From Vitrella brassicaformis CCMP3155 (lineage: Eukaryota; Protista; Chromerida), in assembly GCA_001179505.1 (NCBI GenBank), contig CDMY01000658.1:1-35628 (forward strand): a DNA stretch of 35,628 nucleotides, written 5' to 3'. Shown piece after piece: positions 1 through 10,400 of the stretch. Position 1 is the first letter of the stretch, and every line of letters starts with the position of its first letter. The notes below the pieces were generated by a model. The model saw only the letters and a program-made list of their open reading frames with translations. It was not told the DNA's origin and searched no databases. The position numbers were made by a program, and so were the translations under genes.

Positions 1-160
1 GCAACGTAAGGTCTGTGGATTTTGTGGAGAGTCCATGTAGGACATGTAGTATGCGTCAGTCCATCCTGTCTGACGTCCTGTCCGCCATGGCCTGTCTCAT
101 GGAACGGACAAAGACTCAACAGCCGTCCTGTCTCACAGATCAGTGGATCGTCGGTCTATG

Positions 161-180
161 AACCCTAGACCCTAAACCCT
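161..180. promoter_or_regulatory. Interstitial telomere-like motif (AACCCTAGACCCTAAACCCT) upstream of gene 1; telo-box-like
   Basis: Seen directly. It combines CCCTAGA and CCCTAAA, the reverse complements of the two repeat variants in the terminal array, about 230 nt upstream of the ATG at 410. The regulatory role is inferred by analogy to plant telo-boxes. Confidence 0.45.
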
Positions 181-271
181 GGACCGACTTGCACTTCTGA
201 CAGGTTTTTGCTTGTGACTGAGGTCATCTGCGCCTCGTCATCGCCGTCACAGCGAGCTCCTATCCTGGAAG

Positions 272-349
272 GTGAGCAGCACACAGATCTGTGAGCAGCA
301 TGCTTGATGGACACAATCCTCTGTCTGTCGGCTCTGTCGCTCTGTGCAG
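272..349 (+). repeat. Putative 5'-UTR intron, near-identical to the intron at 19525-19598 (minus strand)
   Basis: AAG|GTGAGC...CTCTGTGCAG|CCT, 78 nt. By manual alignment it differs from the other copy by 2 substitutions and one 4-nt indel. Confidence 0.85.
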
Positions 350-409
350 CCTCTCTCTCGTCGACCACCGCCTCACTCATCTGACCGTCTTGGCCCATCT
401 GGACATCCC

Positions 410-1792
410 ATGCAGCACCACGAGCAGCAGCAGCAGCAGCACCCCGTGTCATACCTGTGTGTGGGCCGGAGGAGCCGCTACCTCCTCGGCGTCAAGGACG
501 TCGTGCGGCTGAGGGCCACCTGCACCTGGCTCAGAGAGCTCTTCGGAGCGGCCCAGCTGAGAGATCGGCTCCGCCACTCGCTGGACTCACAGGCGGGGCT
601 GCGGCGGGCGAATGTGAATGGGCAGCAAGTGCAGCTGCTGCGGTTCGACGACGACCAGTTCGACGCACATGATCTGCTGGCGGCTGTGTGCGTGGTGGAG
701 GAGGGGGACTGGGGCGGCGAGATGGGCGACGTGATTGAGCTGGCGGGGCAGTGCGGCAACTGTGAGCTGCCTGTGCCCCTCAGTGGGGCTGACATCAACA
801 CACACGCAAACATAACGGTGAGCCGGCAAACAGACGGGCGGGGAGGGGACAAAGAGAGAGGGCCTCATTCTCTCTGTGTGTCTGTGATCCGTGTGTATGC
901 GTATGTGTCGGCTCCCCGTGTGTTGGCGCAGCTCAAGATGGTCGGCCCCCACGTCCACTTCAGTGACGGCAGCTGCCTGCAGCTGTTCTAGCACGGCAAT
1001 CAGTGGCGGGCCATCATCGACGAGCCCAACTTTGAGCTGGAGCTCGACCCGCCCCTCCCTGCCGGCCATCTGTTCCAGCAGCACCGGCAGCCACACGACC
1101 CACCAGTGCGCAACCGCATCTTCTACTCGACCGTCCGTGCCCGATGGCTATGGAGCGGTGGTCTGGGGTGCACCGATAAGTCAGTGTCGTCGTTTGCCAA
1201 GTACAAGATCCTCGACCAGTTCCGCAAGACTCACTCACACCAGGATATCAACTGCATGAGTGCAGTGCTCAACAGGTAACACAACAACAGGATAACTGGG
1301 GTGGGCCACGGTGTTGGTGTCTGTCTGTTGAGGGATGTCGGTGGGGGCCGTCTGAACCGCCTGCTCACCCAGTCGCCTCACACACCGGTGGCCGGCTGCA
1401 CGACCACACTCGGCTCGGATGCATATGGGGGCAGCCGATGGCTGGTGCTCACTGACGGCAGCCACCCTTTCGTCGCCTGGATTAACATCTGGGATCGAGC
1501 GGGCAACACCGGTCAGAAATGACAGAGAGGAAGGGAGTGCTGCTGGTCAAATGTCGCGTCTTCTCGTCTCATTGTGTGCAGTGATTGCGTATGTCTACAC
1601 CACAGAGGCGGCTGTGTGCGAGAGTGGTGCCTTCAAGAACCGCTTCCCGGTGACCACTCAGTTGGCTCGCGTGGCGTTGGGGGCGGTGGCGCCGTTCGTA
1701 TTCGACGGACAACTGCCACAGCAGCAGCAACAGCAAGATGACGACAGCGACGATGGTACAGACACCCACACACATGGATGGAAGAACTGCCT

Positions 1793-1836
<44 letters not shown>

Positions 1837-2018
1837 GTATGTGCAGATTCGGACGGCGGCGATGAGATTGTCGACGGTGTGGATGACGGTAGCGGAGGTA
1901 CACAGCAGCACAAACCACAGAGGCCCCCACGTCGACCTGCGTCACATTCATGTGTGTGTGTGTGTGTGTGCGATGGGCAGGTGAGAGTGGCGCAGCTGAG
2001 GCGGAGGGCGGCGGCTGA
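410..2018 (+). pseudogene. Lineage-expanded hypothetical protein family member (Vitrella-type) with acidic C-terminal tail; probable pseudogene
   Basis: Manual exons: 410-817, 899-1275, 1333-1511, 1582-1755, 1847-1897, 1981-2018 (ends ...AAEAEGGG*). In-frame TAG at 989-991 (LQLF*HGNQWRAIIDEP). The intron-1 acceptor reads TAT (896-898) instead of TAG. The frame otherwise continues with consistent splice phases. Family assignment is from memory of motifs such as RFDDDQ..LLAAVCVVEEG and RFPVTTQLARVALG, not from a search. Confidence 0.7.
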
Positions 2019-2961
2019 CCGATCCATCAGCCAACACGCACTGGTGGGTGTGCAGCGATACATCCCCTCTGTCAGCATGTGCCTGAGTGCCGCCCTGCCC
2101 TCTGTGTGTGTGTTTGTTGCCAGGAGGGCATCTCAAGTTGGGTGCTGGCTGTCGTCATTCATCTGTCGCCGATCGGTTTGTTCTTCAGGACACATCGCCC
2201 ACCACTCCCTCACTGTGTGGACCAGCTGCTGCTGCTGTGTGACCCAATGGCTGGCTGCCTGTGGCTGTGGGTGTGAGTGCCTGTGGTCCGCTGCCGGCCG
2301 ATTTTGATGTGACGCCCCGGCCGATGTGTGATTGTGTTTGGCTGGCTGCCTGGCTGACTCACCTGCCGGCCATATCTCTCTCTCGAGGTGACTGTGTGGT
2401 GGAGTGTGTCTGCCGGTGTGTGCCGCGGGTGACGGCCGTGGAGTGACTGAGTTGACTTGGTGAATTGCTCTCACACACAAATGGCCCGGCCCCTCCGGCC
2501 CGCCACACAGACACACAGAGATGCTGCCGACACCATTGACCAGACAGACAGACGACACCATTGACAGAGACGCTGCACTGCGGCAATTTTATAAGGCGTC
2601 CCACCACAGCCCCACTCGTCAATGACAAGAGGCCACTCTCTCTCTGTTGACATGGCCGTCTGAGCGTCTGTGTCAGTGGTCGTCTGTGTGTGTACTGGAT
2701 GTGACACACAAGCCCCGGCAGCCGGGGGGGGGGGGGCAAAGGCCAACGGGGCCAATCGGACAGGACTGCTGAGCTGCGTTGAGTGTGGCTGCTCGCAGGG
2801 ACAGATCGACCGAGTCCCATTCCGTGTGTCGCAGAGGTTTGTTTATTTGCTGTTTGTGCCTTGTCTTAGCTGTTGAGTCACTCACGAATACATAAACACC
2901 CACCCAAATGAGCCGTACCGTCCCATTCATTCATTCACGCGTCTGTCTATCTGTCTGTGAG

Positions 2962-3520
2962 ATGCTCGAGGGCCACCGCACACAGAGAGTGAGGATCATC
3001 ACTCATTGTGTTTCATAACCACCGAGCACGTCACAGTCAGCACACCGATACACAATGCACACCAAAGCAAACCAAACAGATCAACCGATCTCTCTCTCTT
3101 CTTCCCTAAACGTCCATTCACCAGCGCACCACTCGCGTGTCAGTGTCGAAATGAGATCATCACACTGTCGTGTGTGTGTGCATTTCCCTCTGTGTGCATC
3201 TCTGTCGCCGCCCGGCAACCCCAAAGCACCGACCCCACACACGGGCTGATACTCTTGGGTTGCCGTTGGCAGTGATATGCCCACAAAGGGAGAGGGACGA
3301 CACACACATAGAGACAGACGGGCCAGGGAGGCGAAAGCCACGACGGCGACATACACATGGCCGTCAGCTGAAAGTGGCACAGAGGCACATCCAGACAGCA
3401 GTGTGTGTCTGTGTCAGTGTGTCCACCGCACCCCCCTCTCTCTCTCTCTGTTGTGTGCATCTCAGCAGCCGCCGGCAATCGAAGAGCGACAACACAGTCA
3501 CATGCTGACACTCTAGGGTT
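2962..3520 (+). repeat. Dispersed composite repeat, copy A; homologous to 22930-23750 in inverted orientation
   Basis: Shared blocks such as GGCCACCGCACACAGAGAGTGAGGAT, ACAGTCAGCACACC..CACAATGCACACCAAAG and GTCGCCGCCCGGCAACCCCAAAGCACCGAC occur as reverse complements at 22930-23750. Confidence 0.8.
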
Positions 3521-4060
3521 GCCTGACGATCACGAAGATGCACACAAAGGGACAGACAGGGTGGACACACTCAGCAAAACGACGAACCACGATCAGCTTT
3601 TCTGTCTCTCTCTGGGGTGTAGGCCGGTCTGTCTGTCTCTGAGCCGCCCGTGTGTGACGGATGCACCGACGAGAGATCAACACACTCTCGCGAACACACG
3701 TCACAGACGGCGAGGACACAGACAGACGGCAGCCCAGACACCACCCCACACAGCGATTCTCTGTGCAGCCAATCAGCCAATCGTCCCCTTCTCTCTCTGT
3801 CTGTCTGTCTGTCTGTCATATTTCCCCGCCCCCCAGCCGCCGGCCCACACACTCACGGCAGCAGACAGACGGCCCACACGCAAAACCACACACAGTCCAC
3901 ACAGAGAGAAAAGGCCGACCAACACACGACAGCCGTCCCCTCACACACACACACACACACACAGACAGACAGACAGAGAGGGAGTCCGTCGACTCATCGG
4001 CCGATCATCATGCCTCCCACACACAAATGGATCCACACACACACACACACACTCAGACGA

Positions 4061-4094
4061 GCAGCACTCAGCGGCGGTGGGGGAGAGGGCCATC
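4061..4094. repeat. 34-bp exact direct repeat, second copy at 5287-5320
   Basis: GCAGCACTCAGCGGCGGTGGGGGAGAGGGCCATC is identical in both places. Both copies are preceded by AAATGGATCCACACAC. Confidence 0.9.
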
Positions 4095-4594
4095 CAGCCA
4101 CCCATCCAGCCACACACCCACCAAGCCAGCCCCTTTTGTGTGGCCCTTTTGTGTTGTGTTGTGTTGAGTGAGGTGTTTGTTGGACTGTTGGGTGTGGGGC
4201 GGTTTAGGTGGCTGCATGGAGGCCTTGTACGCATGTATGTGTGCGTGTGTTGGCATATACACACAAACAGACCTGAGTACACATATGCCGAAAGCGAGAA
4301 CGGACCTGTTGATTGATATCGATCCATCTGTCTACCTGAGAGTCTGCCTGCCTGTCTGTCCAGCACCCGAACACTGTCTGCGATGCAACTATCGAGAGCC
4401 ACCCACCCATCTATTGACCCATCCATCCAGCCAGCCACCAAGTGTTTTGTATGTATGTACACGCACCACACGCATCAGATCATCCTCCCACCTTCCACCC
4501 CCTCCCACGCCATCTTATCTGTTCTCGTTCTCCCTTCGTCCCTCCCTCCCTCTTAGTTGGTTGGTGATTTGTCCAGCTGTTCGAATGAATCCCT

Positions 4595-5252
4595 CTAGCA
4601 CCCCCTCAGCCGCAGGATGATATGCATCGTCGCGCCATCCTGCACGTTGTAGTCCGACAAGGTGCGACCATCCTCCAGCTGCCTGCAGGGACGCACACAC
4701 ACACATACAGACACACAGACAAATCACATCACATACACCATTCTGCGCCGCGCCCATCGTCCTGGACTCAGTCACCTGCCAGCGAAGATGAGCCGTTGCT
4801 CTTCGATCGGGGCGCCGTCGACACGCTCCACGCCATCCTTGACGTCCGCTACCGTGGCATCTCGGCGGGCCCAGAGGTGGAAGGTCTTGCCTGTGAGTGT
4901 CTTCATGATCAGCTGGATTTACTCACGGGCCTCGCTGCAAGAATGAGGGGCGCCCTCGCACGCACATGCGCTGAGTGTTTCTTCTCATGTGTACCGTGGC
5001 TGTGTGAAGACATAGTCGCCACGGTTGCGAGCGGCCGACTCCGACGCGCCACACACATATCCCACATCACTGCACACAAAGACCACACACACGCAGGCAG
5101 GCAGGCATCCACACAATCGCGCATCGAGTGTGTTCTCCCTCCACCACTCACCGGTGGTTGTATGTGTATCGGTATCCGTAGAGCTCTGCAAACTTTTCTA
5201 AGGCGGCCTGCCGGCGGCGCATCTTCGCCTCGTCGCTGTCGTACTCGCTCAT
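4595..5252 (-). pseudogene. N-terminally extended ubiquitin-like protein ending LRLRGC, with an in-frame TAA
   Basis: Exons (minus strand): 5252-5152, 5069-4995, 4934-4776, 4682-4595, all GT-AG and phase-consistent. Translation includes IQLIMKTLTGKTF...[38 protein letters not shown], which matches ubiquitin ([29 protein letters not shown]). TAA at 4919-4921 is codon 64, immediately before the Ub fold. Confidence 0.85.
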
Positions 5253-6036
5253 CAGTGAAAATGGATCCACACACAGACACACACGTGCAGCACTCAGCGG
5301 CGGTGGGGGAGAGGGCCATCGCGCCACTCGACGGCCGCATCGTCACCATCAGCGCGGCGAAGCCATCGGCCACTCAGCCAGACAGCCACACCTGCACACA
5401 CACACAGACAGACAGACAGACAGACAGACAGCCACATGATGCCTCTGTGAAGCTGTGTTACTTACATCCACACTACACACACCTGACGGTTCGGTGCACC
5501 CATGGCCGCAGCTGCAGGGAGGCTGGACGCAGAGCATCCGCAGAAAGTGACAACTCGATGCCTCTCGCACAAGAATGGCTTTCTCTCCGAGTCTCCTTCT
5601 GACGACCAGAAGAAAATACAGCTGTTTCCTCCGGGGTCAGCTCTGATACCATGGGATGACAACTACAGTCGTAGGAAGCACCTGCGAACGGAAGCAAAGC
5701 AACCAGACCACAGTCATCAGATAGATGGACTCATGCCATCGTCAGATCTGTCGCTCTCACCCTGCTCTTGTGAAGGCACCGATCGCCGTCATTTGCGAGC
5801 TTCAAGTTGACATCCCCGAGCTCCCGGAGGGGCATGAAGCACAAGCCAATCTTCCAGAGCGTCTATTTGTTGAAGGAAGATCATACAAAAGTTGAAGGAA
5901 GATCTCAAAAGATCCCGCCAGGGCCCGGCAAGCAGCGGCCTGCCTGTTCCTCTCGAGGAGTGGACGCATCTCTCCTCTGGCTCTATACCGTCGTGACAGA
6001 TCCCTGCCTGCCTCGAGAAGAAGGGAAGCTTAGAGA

Positions 6037-7457
6037 ATGATGAGTCAGTCATCTCTGCTGCTCGTCCCGCATCCTTCGTATGGCGTGGCGGCCGCCCACT
6101 CGGTCATCCCGCTGGGCTCAGCCGAGACCGTCACGCGCATCCTGCTCCTCTCTATCGACAACATGGAGCTGCTACAGACTATTCACATCGACACGGACAC
6201 CGACAGCAATGTCCCGGTGGGTAACACACACACACACAGAGAGAGAGAGAAGGAGATAACTGTGTGTGCAGGGTGTAATGGAGGGACTGGGCAGCGGCGG
6301 GGTGGCCCTCGCCTGGCACCGGAAGAGCTTCACTCTCGCCGTGTCGACGGGCCGGGCTGTGCGGCTCTACGGCCCGGTCGACGACGCACACGACCTCGAC
6401 ACCAACCTCAAATATGTCCCAAAGTGAGCCGGCCAATGGCCGACCGTCCGCATGAGACGCATTTCATTCATTCATCCCATCGTGGCTGGCTGCAGGCTCG
6501 AGTGTGTCAAGGTGCTCCCACTGCCAGTCTCCCATCTCACCTGGCTCGGCAGCCACCTGTTGGCCGTCCCCTCCCTCCCGCCGCCACCAAGTGAGGAGCT
6601 CGGCGCGCCCCGGGAGAAAGGCCTTATCGGCGGTGTGCGTGAGGCCCTGAAGTCGCATTTCCAGCAGTTCAAGCAGCCGGAGTGCGTGTTGGCCGCTTGG
6701 GAGGGGAGCTTCGTTGGTGGCGGTGGCGGTGGTGTGGGTAGTGATGGCGATGATGCGTCATGTGTGTGCGAGAGGCTGGTGCATTGTGGCGATGAGTGTG
6801 AGGGATTGTGGGCTGCGACGCTCAAGGACGACTTGCCGCCTGATGTGGTCAGGATGACTGTCAGGGCTCTGGCGCCGTCACCAGGTAGGTCAGCTGCTGA
6901 TGGATGGATGGATCTCTGTGCCTGTGTGTATGTAATATGTGTGTTTTATGGTGCGTGCAGCCGGGCGTTTCCTGGCCACCCTTCACGACGCCATCCTCCC
7001 TCCCACGTCAACACACCAAACCCTCCCCTCTGACCGCACCGACCTCCTCCGCACCCGCAGCGACCTCACCAAGACCGTCCGAGTGTTCCACAGACACACA
7101 GCGGCCGACACGGCCACAGCAGCGGCACACAGAAGGGCCGGGGGCCCTGGGGGAGGGAGGAAGAACCGGCTGCTGAACGGGCAGGTGCTCACCCTGGGGA
7201 TGTCCCCCGCTTTGCACGCTGTGGGCGGGGAGGTGTGTGGGGCGGCGATGGGCTGTTTGTGTCTGCGGCACCCTTGTGGTGTGAGGGGGGTGGAGTGGAA
7301 GGAGGAGGGGCTGGGGAACGAGGGGGTGTTTGTGCCGCTGACCTTGGTGTGTGTGGGGGTGGACGGGACGCTCTACATCTGGGGCGAGACCGGCGTCAAT
7401 GTAAAAGCATCACACACACAGACAGACAGACAGACGGACAGCATGACAGAGAGGCAA

Positions 7458-7493
<36 letters not shown>

Positions 7494-10400
7494 GCATGCA
7501 GGAGGAGCTCGATTTCGAGATGCACTGCTCCCTCTGCTTCGCCACCCCCTCGCCCTCCACCTCAGCACCATCGCCGAGCCACTCGCTCCCCACCACCACC
7601 ACACCCCACCTCTCCTTCTGCTGGCTCAGAGCCGCCCGCCCCCGCTCTCTCACCGACCCCAAGCTCATCAGACCCTCAGGTGCGTCAGGCGTCGACCTTC
7701 CGCGACTGGAGATCCTCTCCGGCCGCGCTGAGGAGTCCGCCATCGCCCAGCAGCAGCAGTTCTCCATATTCCACAGAGCGGCCCGCAGCAGGGGCAAGGC
7801 TACCGGTGGGGTGCAGTGGCTTGACGCTTTGCCGGGGCTGACGCCCCACTGCCACCCTGTGGATGAGGGCAACGCTGCGAGGCTGGTCCCTCTGGCAAGG
7901 CACGATGCCCTCGACTTTCTGCTCGTGGCTGGCGCTCCCATTGCTGGTGCCTCCACTGGTGGTGGTGCTGGTGGTGAGGATGGAGAGAGCTCCCCTTTCG
8001 ACGGTGCGGCCACGACTGCGGCTGCTGCTGCTGCTGGTGGGAAAAGGAGAAGAGGCGGCGGAGGTGGTGGTGGTCATGTGGACCGTTGTGTGAGTGTGTT
8101 TGTGTTCCGCGCCCTGGGGGGCCAGCCGAGGAAGACCCCACTGCTCGCACGACTCATCGCCCCGAGCCATTTGCAGCTGCCCTGCAAGGCGCGTGCACCC
8201 CCGCACACACGCACCTGCACACACATGGATGGATGGATGGATGGATGTGTGTGTGTGTGGATTGGCTCAGGTGGCGTGTCTGCTCTCAGCCGATGTGCAG
8301 TGGTCCTCCGAGCGCGCGACGCCATCGATGGGCGTGGTGCCCGACGCCCCTGACGGCAGCACAGGTGCGAGTGTGGTCCTGCCCCCTGCCAGGGTGTGTG
8401 TCGTCACCCCTCTGGGCGACATGTGTCTCTTCGAGCTGAAGCCCGCCCCGCCGCCCAAAACGAGCTCCGACAAAGCAGGCAGGGACAACGACCCGTTCGA
8501 CGCCCCGGGGTCCCACCACTCGACGCGGCCGCCTGTGGTGGTCATGCCGATGCACAGCACCAATCTCGGCGCGCGAATGAGCATTTCCAGGGCCCCTTCC
8601 CCCTCCCCCTCCCCCTCCCCTCTCTCTCTCCCTCTTGGTGCCGAGTATTATGGCATCCAGGGCGGCTGGGACGATGTGGTCGTGTCGGACGATGGCCATG
8701 GTGCCTCTCTGCTGCTGCTCATGCGTCAAGAACGGGGCGGCGAGGGGAGTGGGAATGGGAAGATGGCCTACGTCGCGGAGCAGCCCGTCCGCGCCTTCCC
8801 CTTCCCCTCCGACGAGTCGAGACTCACCACCTCCTCCAGCCTCTTCGACAACCTCCCGACCACCGGGCTCCCATCGCCCGCCGACCCACCTCTGTGTGGC
8901 TATGGGGGGCCGGCAGGGTACATGTGTCTGCAGAGCTCTGCCGCGCTGCACAGCACGGCGCAGTGCAAGTGGCCGGCAAGCGACAAGCAGCATTGGGCGG
9001 GGGCGCTGGGGCTGCTGCGCGATGCGGTGTGGCTGCCTCTGGCGACGCCGCCGAGAGCGCTGCTGGCCATAAGGGCGGGGACACACAGCCTGGTGGCTCT
9101 TGAGGTGAGGGAAAGAGAGAGAGAGAGACAGGGAGAGGCAGGGGCACATGGATGGATGGATGGATGGATGGATGTGTGTGTCAGGTCAACACAGTAGGGT
9201 GTGGTGGCGTGGTGCATCGGCTGCCCTTCTCCTTCCCCTCCAAAGAGGCGGGCGCCTTCCCCGCCGCCCCAATCCGCTGCGACCACGACGGCGGCCAACC
9301 AGACACACCCACCACACCCACCACAACCACAACCATTAGCAACAGGAGGGAAGCGCGTGTTCGACGGCTGCTTGCTACGGCGCTCACACATGTAAGTGGG
9401 CCGACAGAGGGAGGGAGGGAGGGAGGGAGGGGTGGCAGTGTGTGTGTGTGTGTGTGTGTTTAGGACACGTGTCTGCTGTGTCTGCACGTCGAATGGCACG
9501 GGGGCGATTCCACCACGCCGAGCTTCCACGAACTGGTGCTCTGCAAGTGCCGCGACGCTCTTCACGTAAGAACACTGACACCCCCCCCCCCCCCNNNNNN
9601 NNNNNNNNNNNNNNNNNNNNNNNNNNNNNNNNNNNNNNNNNNNNNNNNNNNNNNNNNNNNNNNNNNNNNNNNNNNNNNNNNNNNNNNNNNNNNNNNNNNN
9701 NNNNNNNNNNNNNNNNNNNNNNNNNNNNNNNNNNNNNNNNNNNNNNNNNNNNNNNNNNNNNNNNNNNNNNNNNNNNNNNNNNNNNNNNNNNNNNNNNNNN
9801 NNNNNNNNNNNNNNNNNNNNNNNNNNNNNNNNNNNNNNNNNNNNNNNNNNNNNNNNNNNNNNNNNNNNNNNNNNNNNNNNNNNNNNNNNNNNNNCCCCCC
9901 CCACCACTAGACTAACCAAACAAACACACACACACACACACACTCTCTGTCTGTCTGTCTGTCTGTGTGCATCTGCAGATGGGCGAGAGCAGCATCCGCC
10001 GTGAGCGTCGTCTCGATTTGGAGTACCTCGGGCGAGAGGAGATATCCCTCCCTCCTCACACACAGCAGCAGCAGCAGACACAGCACATGGCGCTCTGCGG
10101 CCTGGGGCTGCCCACCACACCAGCCCTGCTCGCCACCTCACCGCCACTCTCACAGACGGACAGCGATGGTGTGGGTGTGGCGGTATATCGGCTGGAGGCT
10201 CGGGATGGCACCGCCGTGGCCATCGTGCCACATGCGACTGCTGACGTGACTGGCGTCGAAGGGATACTGGACATCGCTCTGACTGAGGAGTGGCTCGCCG
10301 TGCTGACCACCACACCGGACCTGCTGCTCTTCCCCCTTGCCAACCCACCAGCACCCCACACAGCTCCCATCCCTTCTGCGCACTCCCTCTCCCTCACGCG

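Noticed and set aside
2020-4560. Many ORFs of 60-300 aa (for example 3405-4316)
   Set aside because: They are translations of (CA)n, (GT)n, (GA)n and (GACA)n microsatellites and dispersed repeats, with no domain motifs or coherent exon chain.
4622-5602. 326-aa plus-strand ORF
   Set aside because: It is the antisense shadow of the ubiquitin-like gene and runs through its introns.
5500-6040. Short ORFs upstream of DMXL (5502-5810, 5807-6040)
   Set aside because: No recognisable motifs or splice links; probably 5' UTR or divergent promoter.
8190-8290. Second possible GC-AG intron in DMXL (AAG|GCGCGT...CTCAG|GTG)
   Set aside because: A canonical alternative (GTGCAC...CTCTCAG, phase 1) restores the frame equally well.
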